A stretch of 64,000 nt of DNA, from the NCBI GenBank assembly GCA_963768305.1, contig CAVYHE010000009.1, positions 1 through 64,000 of the forward strand, in the 5' to 3' direction. Below, one piece after another: positions 26,047 through 35,407 of this stretch. A program made the translations under genes and the position numbers. Origin of the DNA: an uncultured bacterium. Its GTDB lineage: Bacteria; Margulisbacteria; WOR-1; CAVSGV01. Each line of letters opens with the position of its first letter. Position 1 is the first letter of the stretch. The notes under the pieces are model-generated. The model made no database searches. It was given only the letters and a program-made list of their open reading frames with translations, and was not told the origin of the DNA.

Positions 26047-26387
26047 ATTTTTTGGTCAACTTTACCGGGCACCGGACTTTTGTGGCCTTCTGTCAGACCA
26101 TACGCCTGCTCTCTGGACCCTTTCGATGGATCCTTTAAATACTCAAAAAGATCAATTGCCCCTTTTAGCGGATCGGCTTTTTCTGGATCATTGGCAGGGG
26201 CAGGATTAAGTCCGGCATTATAATCAACTGGCCCTTGCTTTGTTGCCATTGAACCGATCCATTCCGCGTCTGCAACAGCTTGTTTTACATTTTCCGCTTG
26301 CTTTTGCTTGGCTTCGTTTTTACCTTGCATATATTTTTGAACCGATGTTGGGTCTACGAAAGCTGATTGCGTCGGCACTATGCTCAC
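26043..26387 (-). CDS. Hypothetical protein (114 aa)
   Basis: AAGGAGG SD before GTG start; promoter copy 6 upstream. Confidence 0.75.
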   Translation of the reverse strand: MSIVPTQSAFVDPTSVQKYMQGKNEAKQKQAENVKQAVADAEWIGSMATKQGPVDYNAGLNPAPANDPEKADPLKGAIDLFEYLKDPSKGSREQAYGLTEGHKSPVPGKVDQKI

Positions 26388-26445
26388 GATAAATTCCTCC
26401 TTATATCAGAATTAAGGGCGAACACACCTTTTCTCACATCTATAA

Positions 26446-26473
26446 TATCGGGACAACTGGGCTAAAACTTGCA
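26446..26473 (-). promoter_or_regulatory. sigma28-like promoter, copy 6
   Basis: Minus strand TGCAAGTTT-N14-CGATA. Confidence 0.75.
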
Positions 26474-26489
26474 TGGAATCAGCTTGCAG

Positions 26490-27585
26490 CTAGATGGTTC
26501 TGTCAGGCTCGATTTTCGTAGCAGGGGCAAGTTTCATCCCTTGTTTCACTCTGCAGCGGTTGCTGATAACGGAACCCTCTTCGAGGGTGACATGATCTTC
26601 CAGTTTGCACCAGCTGCCGACAAGGCACTTTTTGAGGACCGCGCCTTTTCCCACGTGCGTATCCGACCATACGGCGGAATCTGAGATCGACTGTTCCATC
26701 CTCTATCACGCATTTATCTCCGATGGATACATTCCCGTAAATTTCGACATTTTCACCAATAGATGCCCTGTCGCCGATTATGATAGTCCCTTCGAATTTC
26801 GCGCTCCTCGCCACATGCGTGTCCCGCCCGAGCCACGTGGAAGAGCTTACGCGCCTGGCCGAGACCTCCGCCCTTACTCTTCCCTGAAGGACGTCGGAAT
26901 TCGCGGCTTTCAATTTTTCGATCCCTCCCACGTCGTTCCAGTATTCGATCATCTTGTATCCGAAGAATTTCGAGCCCCCGGAAACAAGCTGCGGAAATAT
27001 CTCTTTGCCGAAATCCCGGAACCCGTCCCCTATCATGCCCAGGACCTGCGGTTCAAAGATATATACCCCGGTGTTGACAAGATCGCTCCTGGCCTCGCGC
27101 TGGGACGGCTTTTCTTGAAAAGCGGTGATCTTATCGTCATTGTCCAGCACGACAACGCCGAACTGTGTCACATCCTCCACAGGCGTAAGCGCAATGGTCA
27201 CGAGCGCCTTTTTCTTTTTGTGGAACGCCAGCATTTTGCTCAAATTGACATCGGTCAAAACATCGGATGATATGACAATAAAAGTGCCGTTTATCTTCGT
27301 AAGACGCGACATGCGCTTGACGCCGCCCGCGGTGCCCAGAAGCTCTTCCTCGAAAGAATAACCAAGGTTCACTCCGAAAGGCCTTCCATCGCTGAAATAA
27401 TTCTCGATCTGCTCCGGGAAATAATGGATGTTCGCAATGAGCTCCTTGATCCCGTACTTCCTTAAAAGCTCGATGTTATACTGCATTATCGGCTTGTTCG
27501 CCACGGGCACCATCGGCTTTGGGACCGCTTTCGTGAGCGGCTCCAATCTTTTGCCGTAGCCGGCGGCTAATATGAACGCTTTCAT
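26490..27585 (-). CDS. NDP-sugar pyrophosphorylase (mannose-1-phosphate guanylyltransferase/CugP-like), frameshift near 26695
   Basis: ILAAGYGKRLEPLT..PKPMVPV, LGTAGG, FQEKP, NTGVY, YWNDVG; hexapeptide tail continues in ORF 26490-26699. Confidence 0.88.
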
Positions 27586-28007
27586 TTTATCTTATTCACC
27601 CTTCGCAAGTGCCGCCCGCCCTCAAAAGGCGTTTTAAGGAACACGTCCACCAGCTTCAGCGCCGTTCCTGTTCTCAATACTCGTCCGCCTAAAGCAAGGA
27701 TATTGGCATCGTTGTGGGCGCGGCTCATTCTTGCGGTATAAACATTGTGGGCTACGGCCGCGCGTATGCCGGCAATTTTATTGGCCGCCATGGCCATGCC
27801 GATGCCTGTCCCGCATAATAATATGCCGTATTTGTATTTCTTAGAAGCTACAGCTTTTGCAACAGCTTTTGCGAAATCCGGATAATCCACCGGCTCCGCG
27901 CTGAAAGTCCCGAGATCCTTAAAAGCGATCCTGCGCCTTTTAAGGAATAACTTGATCTTTTCCTTCAGTTTAAAACCGCCGTGATCGGAGCCGATCGCTA
28001 TCTTCAT
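27582..28007 (-). CDS. rpiB: Ribose-5-phosphate isomerase B
   Basis: IAIGSDHGG, DYPD, LCGTGIGM..ANK, HNDANIL, FEGGRH..RV. Confidence 0.96.
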   Translation of the reverse strand: MKIAIGSDHGGFKLKEKIKLFLKRRRIAFKDLGTFSAEPVDYPDFAKAVAKAVASKKYKYGILLCGTGIGMAMAANKIAGIRAAVAHNVYTARMSRAHNDANILALGGRVLRTGTALKLVDVFLKTPFEGGRHLRRVNKIK

Positions 28008-28036
28008 AGATCCCTCCTCTGATAATTATACACTAA

Positions 28037-29098
28037 TCAATCCGACCGCCAGACCCTTTTTTTATGCTCTTTTTTGAACTTGTCAAGAGCAGCTCTTTCT
28101 TTGGCGATCTCCGACTTGAACTCTTCCATCAGCTTTTCGTCCTCGGCGGCTTTCAACTTGTGAAAATAGGCCGATTTTGCGATCAACATCGCCGCTTCAT
28201 ATCTTGACATGCTTTTATTTCCGGCAAAAGTGCCGTCGGGATAGCCCTGCGTGATCCCCATTTTCACGAGCATATCGACGGAGCCCGCCGCCCAGTGGTC
28301 TGAAGGCATATCCTTGAAAACTGAGGCTTCGGGAGAGACCGAGAATGAACCTGAGCATAAGATCAGGATAACGGCAACAGCGAGCAGCAGCTTTTTCATT
28401 TCGGCCGTCGCCTTTTTTATGCCGACAAATACGCTCCGCGCGATTATGCTGAACCCGATATTGAATTCTTCCAGGTCAGGGATCTTCGCGACAGCCGGAG
28501 TATTGTCATAATCCAGGCCGTGCCCCGCGTTCACTCTCAAGCCCAGCCTTCTCGCCAGCTTCGCGGCATCGGCGATTTTCTTCAGATCATTTTTTGAGCC
28601 TGTCCGCGCATAACCGCCGGTATGTATCTCTATGAATGATGCGCCGGCCTTCGCCGAAGCGTGTATCTGATCCTTTTCCGGATCGATAAAAAGGCTTACT
28701 CTTATTCTCGCATCCTCAAGATTTCTCACGAACTTCTTCAATCGCGGAATATTTCCTTTAACGTCCAGGCCGCCTTCGGTCGTAAGCTCCTGCCTTTTTT
28801 CCGGGACAAGAGTTGCCATGTCCGGCTTGACCCTGAGAGCGATCTTAAGCATCTCGTCCGTCGCGGCCATCTCAAAATCAAAGCGCTTTTTTGAGGCAGA
28901 AGTCAGCTTTCGTATGAGATAGATATCTTTATCCTGGATGTGGCGCCTGTCCTCGCGCAAATGGGCAACTATGGAATCGGCGCCGCCCTCAAGAGCAAGC
29001 GTTGCCGCGGCTATGACATCGGGAAAGCCCTCTTTCCTTGCCTGGCGGAGCGTGGCCACATGATCAATGTTGACGCCGAGCTTTATCCTGCGCTTCAT
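28037..29098 (-). CDS. pdxJ: Pyridoxine 5'-phosphate synthase fused in frame to a signal peptide plus SLH domain
   Basis: LGVNIDHVATLRQAR, HLREDRRHIQ, LVPEKRQELTTEGG, NAGHGL; then MKKLLLAVAVILIL.. and FKDMPSDHWAA..GYPDGTF..SRYEAA; ATG 29098 overlaps the ispF stop. Confidence 0.92.
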   Translation of the reverse strand: MKRRIKLGVNIDHVATLRQARKEGFPDVIAAATLALEGGADSIVAHLREDRRHIQDKDIYLIRKLTSASKKRFDFEMAATDEMLKIALRVKPDMATLVPEKRQELTTEGGLDVKGNIPRLKKFVRNLEDARIRVSLFIDPEKDQIHASAKAGASFIEIHTGGYARTGSKNDLKKIADAAKLARRLGLRVNAGHGLDYDNTPAVAKIPDLEEFNIGFSIIARSVFVGIKKATAEMKKLLLAVAVILILCSGSFSVSPEASVFKDMPSDHWAAGSVDMLVKMGITQGYPDGTFAGNKSMSRYEAAMLIAKSAYFHKLKAAEDEKLMEEFKSEIAKERAALDKFKKEHKKRVWRSD

Positions 29099-29604
29099 TT
29101 CTTGAAGAAACTTGTGGCATATTGAAGAATGTTGCCCTCTATGAGTGAGACGGCATACGCGGCTATCCCCTGCCCTTTGCCCGTGAAGCCAAGCCCTTCC
29201 TCCGTCTTGCTTTTCACGTTGACGCAATTTTCGGAGACTCCTAGCACGGAAGATATGTTCATCCTCATTTCTTTCACATAAGGGCTGAATTTCGGGGCCT
29301 GCGCAACGATCGTCGAATCGATATTTACCACCGAAAAGCCTTTGGACTTTAGCAAACTGGATATCTTTTCAAGCATCAAAAGGCTGGATATTCCCTTGTA
29401 TCTGGGATCGTTAGTTGGAAAATGGAACCCGATGTCATGCTCCCCCATCGCGCCTATAAGAGAATCGATGATGGCATGGACCAGGACATCCGCATCAGAA
29501 TGTCCGGCAAGCCCTTTTTTATATTTGATATCAACGCCGCCCATTATCAGCTTTCTTTTACTGACAAGCTTGTGGACGTCGTATCCTATCCCCACTCTCA
29601 TCAT
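29095..29604 (-). CDS. ispF: MECDP synthase
   Basis: RVGIGYDVH, GHSDADV..HAIID, DIG.HFP, TEEGLGFTG..GIAA. Confidence 0.96.
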   Translation of the reverse strand: MMRVGIGYDVHKLVSKRKLIMGGVDIKYKKGLAGHSDADVLVHAIIDSLIGAMGEHDIGFHFPTNDPRYKGISSLLMLEKISSLLKSKGFSVVNIDSTIVAQAPKFSPYVKEMRMNISSVLGVSENCVNVKSKTEEGLGFTGKGQGIAAYAVSLIEGNILQYATSFFKK

Positions 29605-30813
29605 CTTGTTATCCTCGCGAATTTTCTCTTTCCGGCCTTGATAAGCACCTCTCCGCCAAGAGTTAACTTGTATTTTTTATCCCTGATCACGATGCCGTTG
29701 ATATCCACGGCACCCTGCTCTATGAGCCGCGATGCGGCCGATGTTCCTTCGGCCAGACCGGCAATGACCATCGCTTTCGGAAGCCATATCTTTCCGTCGG
29801 GCTCGATATCTTTTGAGCTCGATCTTAACTTCCGTAATATTCTCGGGCAGGCCGCCTTCCTTGAAAATATTCTTGAATTCCTGCTCGGCTTTTTCAGCGC
29901 TTGTTTTTCCGTAAAAATCGGAAACAAGCATCCTTGCCAGCCGCTTTTTCGCGTCCATCGGATGAAGGAATCCGTCCCTCAATTGTCTGCTTATGCCGTC
30001 AAGCTCCGCCTTCGGCAGGCCGGTCAAAAGCGTGTAATACTTCATCATGAGGCTGTCAGGTATCGACATCGTCTTGCCGTATATTTCCGACGGCGAATCC
30101 GTAACTCCTATATAATTGTTAAGCGACTTGCTCATTTTCGCCGTTCCGTCCAGTCCCTCCAGGAGCGGCATCGTCATTATCACCTGCGGCTCTTCCTTGA
30201 ATTCCCTCTGGAGTTCCCTTCCGACAAGAAGGTTGAATTTCTGGTCGGTCCCGCCTATCTCAATATCGGACTTCACCATCACCGAATCATATCCCTGTAT
30301 CAGGGGATACAGGAATTCATGTATAGATATCGGTCTCTGTTCCGTATAGCGCTTTATGAAATCATCCCTCTCCAGCATCCTCGCCACCGTGTATTTTCCG
30401 GCAAGTTTGATTACGTCTTCAAGGGTCAGCTTTGAAAGCCATTTGCTGTTATAGACCACTTCCGTTCTTTTGGGATCCAATATCTTGAATACCTGCTCCC
30501 TGTATGTCCTGGCGTTATTTTCAACTTCTTTTTTCGTGAGCGCCGGCCTTGTTTCCGACTTTCCGGAAGGGTCGCCTATCATTCCCGTGAAATCCCCGAT
30601 TATGAATATGACCTTGTGCCCCAGGTCCTGGAAAGCCCTTAGTTTCCTGATGACTACGGTATGCCCCAGATGTATGTCCGGCGCGGAAGGATCTGCCCCC
30701 CATTTTACCCTGAGCTGCTTTTTCTTCTTAAGCTTTGAAAGAAGCTCTGCTTCCGGCAAAAGCTCCGAGCAACCGTTCTTTATTATCTCAAGCTGTTGTT
30801 CCGGCGTCATCAT
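29601..30813 (-). CDS. tyrS: Tyrosyl-tRNA synthetase, frameshift near 29810 before the S4 domain
   Basis: GADPSAPDIHLGH (HIGH), YPLIQGYD, GGTDQ.FN, KMSKS; S4 end (SAASRLIEQGAV..AGKRKF) lies in the adjacent frame. Confidence 0.95.
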
Positions 30814-31928
30814 TTGCATCCCAGCTCTTTCAGCACCCGCCTGACAATGGGGATAGGCACATCATCCCTTATCTCTATCTTTCCGATCTTTTTGGGCAGG
30901 ACGAATTTGATCTTCCCTTCGCGTATCTTTTTGTCCACCTTTAATCCCCTGATGATCCTGCCGGCGGAAAGGCCGTCCACTTTTATGGGCAGTTGAAGCT
31001 TTTCAAGCAGCGTTTTTATCCTGTTGACCACGGCTTCATCCATGAGCCCCATCTTTTGGGATATCATCGCGGCCGCGACCATCCCGATCGAAACAGCCTC
31101 TCCGTGATTGAACATGCTGTATTTCGTGATCGTCTCTATGGCGTGGCCTATGGTATGCCCGTAATTAAGCACCATCCTGATGCCTTTTTCTTTCTCATCC
31201 AGTGCCACGAACTTTGCCTTTATCTTGCATGATTCCGTGACTATGGTCTGCCACACTTTCAGAGCGGCTTTAAGGGTTTCCGAATCTTCGAACGCTTTTG
31301 TGTTGAGATGGTGAGAATTGGCCTCAAGGAACTTGAAGAAATCTTCGTCCTCTATCACCCCGTATTTAATGACCTCCGCCAGACCGGTGCTTATCTCCTT
31401 TTGAGGTAGCGTGGTGAGCGTCTCCACGTCGCAGTGGACGAACATGGGCTGATAAAATACCCCGATAAGGTTCTTACCCTTCGGATGATTGACGGAAGTC
31501 TTCCCGCCGATGCTGGAATCCACCTGCGCGAGCAGGGTTGTGGGAACATGGACAAGATAAGTACCGCGCATGTAAGTGGCCGCGACGAATCCGGCCAGGT
31601 CACCGATGACGCCGCCCCCGAACGCGATTATGCAGCAGTCCCTGTGTATCTCCTGCTTAACTAATTTATCATATATTTTAAAAGCCACTTGAAGATTTTT
31701 GTAGCGCTCGCCTCTTGGGATCTCGATGACATCAAAGCTAAAGCCCTCCGATTTCAAACTGCTTCGCAGTATCCCTCCCCAGAGCTCATTGACGAGCGTA
31801 TCGGTGATAATGACTATTTTTTCGCAGGGAGTGGCTTTTTTCAGGGCGGCGCCGAATTCCTTCAGCGTGCCGTTGCCGACATTTATGTTGTAGCTGTTCT
31901 CGCCCAGATTCACCATTATCCTGTCCAT
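30810..31928 (-). CDS. aroB: 3-dehydroquinate synthase
   Basis: GGGVIGDLAGF.AATYMRG, PTTLLAQVDSSIGGKT, LNYGHTIGHA, HGEAV, DKK. Confidence 0.97.
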   Translation of the reverse strand: MDRIMVNLGENSYNINVGNGTLKEFGAALKKATPCEKIVIITDTLVNELWGGILRSSLKSEGFSFDVIEIPRGERYKNLQVAFKIYDKLVKQEIHRDCCIIAFGGGVIGDLAGFVAATYMRGTYLVHVPTTLLAQVDSSIGGKTSVNHPKGKNLIGVFYQPMFVHCDVETLTTLPQKEISTGLAEVIKYGVIEDEDFFKFLEANSHHLNTKAFEDSETLKAALKVWQTIVTESCKIKAKFVALDEKEKGIRMVLNYGHTIGHAIETITKYSMFNHGEAVSIGMVAAAMISQKMGLMDEAVVNRIKTLLEKLQLPIKVDGLSAGRIIRGLKVDKKIREGKIKFVLPKKIGKIEIRDDVPIPIVRRVLKELGCK

Positions 31929-31930
31929 GA

Positions 31931-32440
31931 TCAACCTTCTTTCGCGAACTCCGCTATTTTATTACTTGCTTCTTCGGGAGACAACAGGGAAGTGTCCACT
32001 TCAAGGTCGGCTATCCCCCGGTAGATCGGCATCCTGAATTCGAGTATTTCCTTTATCTTCGCATTAGGATCTTCAACATTGAGAAGCGGCCTTGTCCCGG
32101 ATCCCTTAACCCTTTTGTGGATGGTTTCAGGATCGGAAGTCAGCAGGACCAATGGCCCCATGCTTTTAAGCTTCTTGATATTCCCGGGCCTCAGCACAAT
32201 TCCGCCGCCGGTAGCTATAACGTGATCCTTAAGCTTTGCGATATTGTCCAAAAGCTTTGTTTCCATGTCGCGAAAACTTTCTTCGCCTTTTTCATTGAAA
32301 ATGTCGTTTATCTCCATTCCCTGTTCATTTTCAATGATCGAGTCCGTATCAATATATGTCATGTTAAGCTTTTTGGCCAGAAGCTTCCCGACTTCTGTTT
32401 TCCCTACCCCCATAAATCCTATTAAGATAATATTTTTCAT
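31931..32440 (-). CDS. aroK: Shikimate kinase
   Basis: LIGFMGVGKT, DTD, GEESFR..E, ATGGG, RPLL. Confidence 0.95.
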   Translation of the reverse strand: MKNIILIGFMGVGKTEVGKLLAKKLNMTYIDTDSIIENEQGMEINDIFNEKGEESFRDMETKLLDNIAKLKDHVIATGGGIVLRPGNIKKLKSMGPLVLLTSDPETIHKRVKGSGTRPLLNVEDPNAKIKEILEFRMPIYRGIADLEVDTSLLSPEEASNKIAEFAKEG

Positions 32441-32451
32441 ATCGATTAACT

Positions 32452-32525
<74 letters not shown>

Positions 32526-32531
32526 ATGAAA

Positions 32532-33323
32532 CTAAAAAGAATGCTCGGCGCCGGGAAACCTTCCGCCCTTCACGTCCGCAATATACGCGGACACGGCTTT
32601 TTTCATCTCGCCGTGAAGATCGGCGTATTTTTTCGCGAACTTCGGCATTCCGCTCACGGAAAGCCCCAAAAGATCGTTTATGACAAGGACCTGCCCGTCG
32701 CAATACTTTCCCGCACCTATGCCTATGACCGGGATCGAGACAGCTTTTGACATTTTCTTCGCGAGCGCCGCCGGGACCATTTCAAGGACGATAGAGAAAA
32801 CCCCCGCTTTTTCAAGTGCTTTCGCATCCCTTATCATAGCAGCGGCTTCCTTTTCCGATCTGCCCTGGACGCGGTATCCGCCAAGCTGATTGACAAGCTG
32901 CGGAGTAAAACCCAGATGCCCCATCACCGGGATCCCGGAATCGATCAATTTTTTGATGGTATCAATATACGCGACACCCTCGATCTTGACAGCATTTGCC
33001 CCGGCTTCTTTAACGAACCTGGAAGCGTTGTAAAACGCTTCTTCCGGACCAAGCTGGAAGGACATGAACGGCATGTCAGCGACGACCATCGCGTTCTTCA
33101 CACCACGGACGGCCGCTTTCACGTGATGCAGCATTTCATCCATCGTTACGGGAATGGTGTTCTCGTATCCGAGCACGGCATTCCCCAGCGAATCCCCCAC
33201 AAGCACGATATCAATACCGGAATCATCGATAAGCTTTGCCGTGGGGCAGTCATACGCCGTCAGCATGGCTATCTTTTTGCCCGCGGATTTCATTTCCTTG
33301 AGGGAATGAACGGTGGTCTTCAA
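32532..33323 (-). CDS. panB: Ketopantoate hydroxymethyltransferase
   Basis: MLTAYD, LVGDSLG, ADMPF, VKIEG, GHLGFTPQ, IGIGAG..CDGQVLV. Confidence 0.97.
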   Translation of the reverse strand: MKTTVHSLKEMKSAGKKIAMLTAYDCPTAKLIDDSGIDIVLVGDSLGNAVLGYENTIPVTMDEMLHHVKAAVRGVKNAMVVADMPFMSFQLGPEEAFYNASRFVKEAGANAVKIEGVAYIDTIKKLIDSGIPVMGHLGFTPQLVNQLGGYRVQGRSEKEAAAMIRDAKALEKAGVFSIVLEMVPAALAKKMSKAVSIPVIGIGAGKYCDGQVLVINDLLGLSVSGMPKFAKKYADLHGEMKKAVSAYIADVKGGRFPGAEHSF

Positions 33324-34118
33324 GCTTTTTTCTCTGTCCTTTTAAGGCCGAACCATTCCTTGCCGGCCGGCGCGGATTTATACAGCCCGAACAATTTTTC
33401 CTCCAGCATTTCCTTTGAGACATTCCTGGAAATATGTCCGTTCTCGGCTATCGACACGATGCCGGTCTTTTCCGAAACAATGAAAACGAGTGCGTCCGTC
33501 TGCTCGCTCATCCCCACCGCCGCCCTGTGCCTTGTGCCAAGCCGCCTGTCCAGAAGCTTGGTATCTGATAACGGAAGAAGGCTGCCTGCGGAAGCGATAC
33601 GCTCGCCCTGGATAATGACCGCTCCGTCATGAAGCGGATTATTCGCCATGAATATTGATACAAGAAGTTCCGATGATATTTCCGCGTCAAGCTTTACTCC
33701 GCTTTCAAGGAATTCGGAAAGCCCCGTGTTTCTTTCAATGACTATCAATGCGCCGGTCTTCTGGTCGGAGAGCTGCTCTATCGCTTTTATGATGTGGCCA
33801 ACTATCAGGGAGCCCCTTCCGCCCGCTGCCATCCCCAGTCTCAGGAATATCCTTTCCCTTCCGATATGTTCAAGCGTCCGCCTTAATTCCGGCTGAAAAA
33901 CTATGATGATGATGACGATAATGAGCGGTGCCCAATCTTTCAAGCATCCAGCTCGTGGTGTAGAGGCCGAGCAGCTTCGCCGCCAGGTATATCAAGAGGA
34001 CTATCGCCAGCCCGCGGATTAGAGCCACGGCGCGCGTGCCCTGAAGCCACACAAGGACGTAATAGATCGCTACGGCAACTACGATAATATCCAGAACATC
34101 CAGCATCCTGAAATTCAT
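33320..34118 (-). CDS. cdaA: Diadenylate cyclase CdaA, frameshift near 33940
   Basis: N-terminal TM helices, IVFQPELRR, GALIVIER, PLHDGA, GTRHRAA. Confidence 0.92.
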
Positions 34119-35407
34119 TTTATGTCGTTCCTCGCCATGTCCTCATAAGTCTCCCGTTTTACGATGAGCTTGGCTTTGCCGTCATTGACCAAAACCATTG
34201 CCGGGCGCGGAACCCTGTTGTAATTGCTCGCCATGGAATAATTGTAAGCGCCGGTGCAGAGCACGGCTATGAGCCCGCCTTTTTCAAGTTTCGGCAGCAT
34301 CGACATTTTTTGCGAGAACGTCGCCGGACTCGCAGAACCTGCCGGCGATAGTGTATTTTTCCGTTCTTCTGCCTTGCATGTTGTCGGCCGCGGCGAACTC
34401 GATATTTCGCGCCGTAAAGCATCGGCCTTATATTGTCGGACATCCCGCCGTCAACGACCGCGTATTTCCTGATGCCGGGAATATCCTTGATGTGCCCGAC
34501 GCGTGTAAAGAGTGACGCCTGCCCTTCCGACGATCGATCGTCCCGGCTCAAGGACAAGTTTCGGCATCGGTAATTTTGCCGCCGCTATCCTGTGCTTTAT
34601 CTTTCTTTGTGATAGCTTCGGCGAAGTCTTCGAGCTTTACCGGATTGTCGTCGTCAATATACTGATGCCTATGCCTCCGCCGATATTGAGCTCTTCCGTT
34701 TCGATGTTAAGCTTTTCGTTTATCTTTCGTACGATATCCGTTAGCACGTCGATCTCCGAAAGGTATCCATTCGAGTCGAATATCTGCGAGCCGATATGGG
34801 CGTGAAGCCCGGCGAATTTCCCGAGCCGCATTGATGATATCAACTTGACCGCCTCAATGACCTTGCTCTTGGCTATGCCGAACTTGGAATCCGTCTGGCC
34901 GGTCTTTACGGATTCGTGGGTATGCGCCTCAACTCCCGGATTTACCCTTATCAGAACTGCGCTCTTTTCTCGATCTTTATCGTCATCTCGTCGAGCCTTC
35001 CTATCTCCTCGAAATTATCGACGACGAACATGCCGACATTCGCGGTAAGCCCTTCCTCGATCTCCTTTCAGATTTATTGTTCCCGTGGAAATATATCTTT
35101 TTCGGGGCGCATCCCCGCCTTAAGCGCGGTGTAAAGCTCTCCGCCGGAAGCAACGTCCACTCCGAGGCCTTCGTCCATATGATTTTCAAAAGACCTTCGA
35201 TGGAGAGCGCTTTGCTGGCGTAAATGATCTCGGAGTTCGGGATATTTTACTTGAAGAAGGTCTTATAAGGCCTGCACCTCTCCCTGACATCCTCTTCGTC
35301 GATGACATAAAGCGGCGTGCCGAATTTTTTCGCGAGCGCTATCGCGTCGCAGCCGCCTATCTCAAGGTGCCCGGCTTTATTATCTTTCCCGTCAATGGAA
35401 GATTCAT
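34115..35407 (-). pseudogene. lysA: Diaminopimelate decarboxylase, several frameshifts as assembled (probably sequencing error)
   Basis: Fragments GTPLYVIDE, YASKA, FHGNNKS, HAHIGSQIF, VDGGMSDNIRP.LY, TGAYNYSMASNYN. Confidence 0.88.

Noticed and set aside
29422..30435. 337-aa plus-strand ORF and similar long antisense ORFs (3375-4193, 32916-33632, 44260-44997)
   Set aside because: They shadow well-conserved genes on the opposite strand and show no recognisable motifs.
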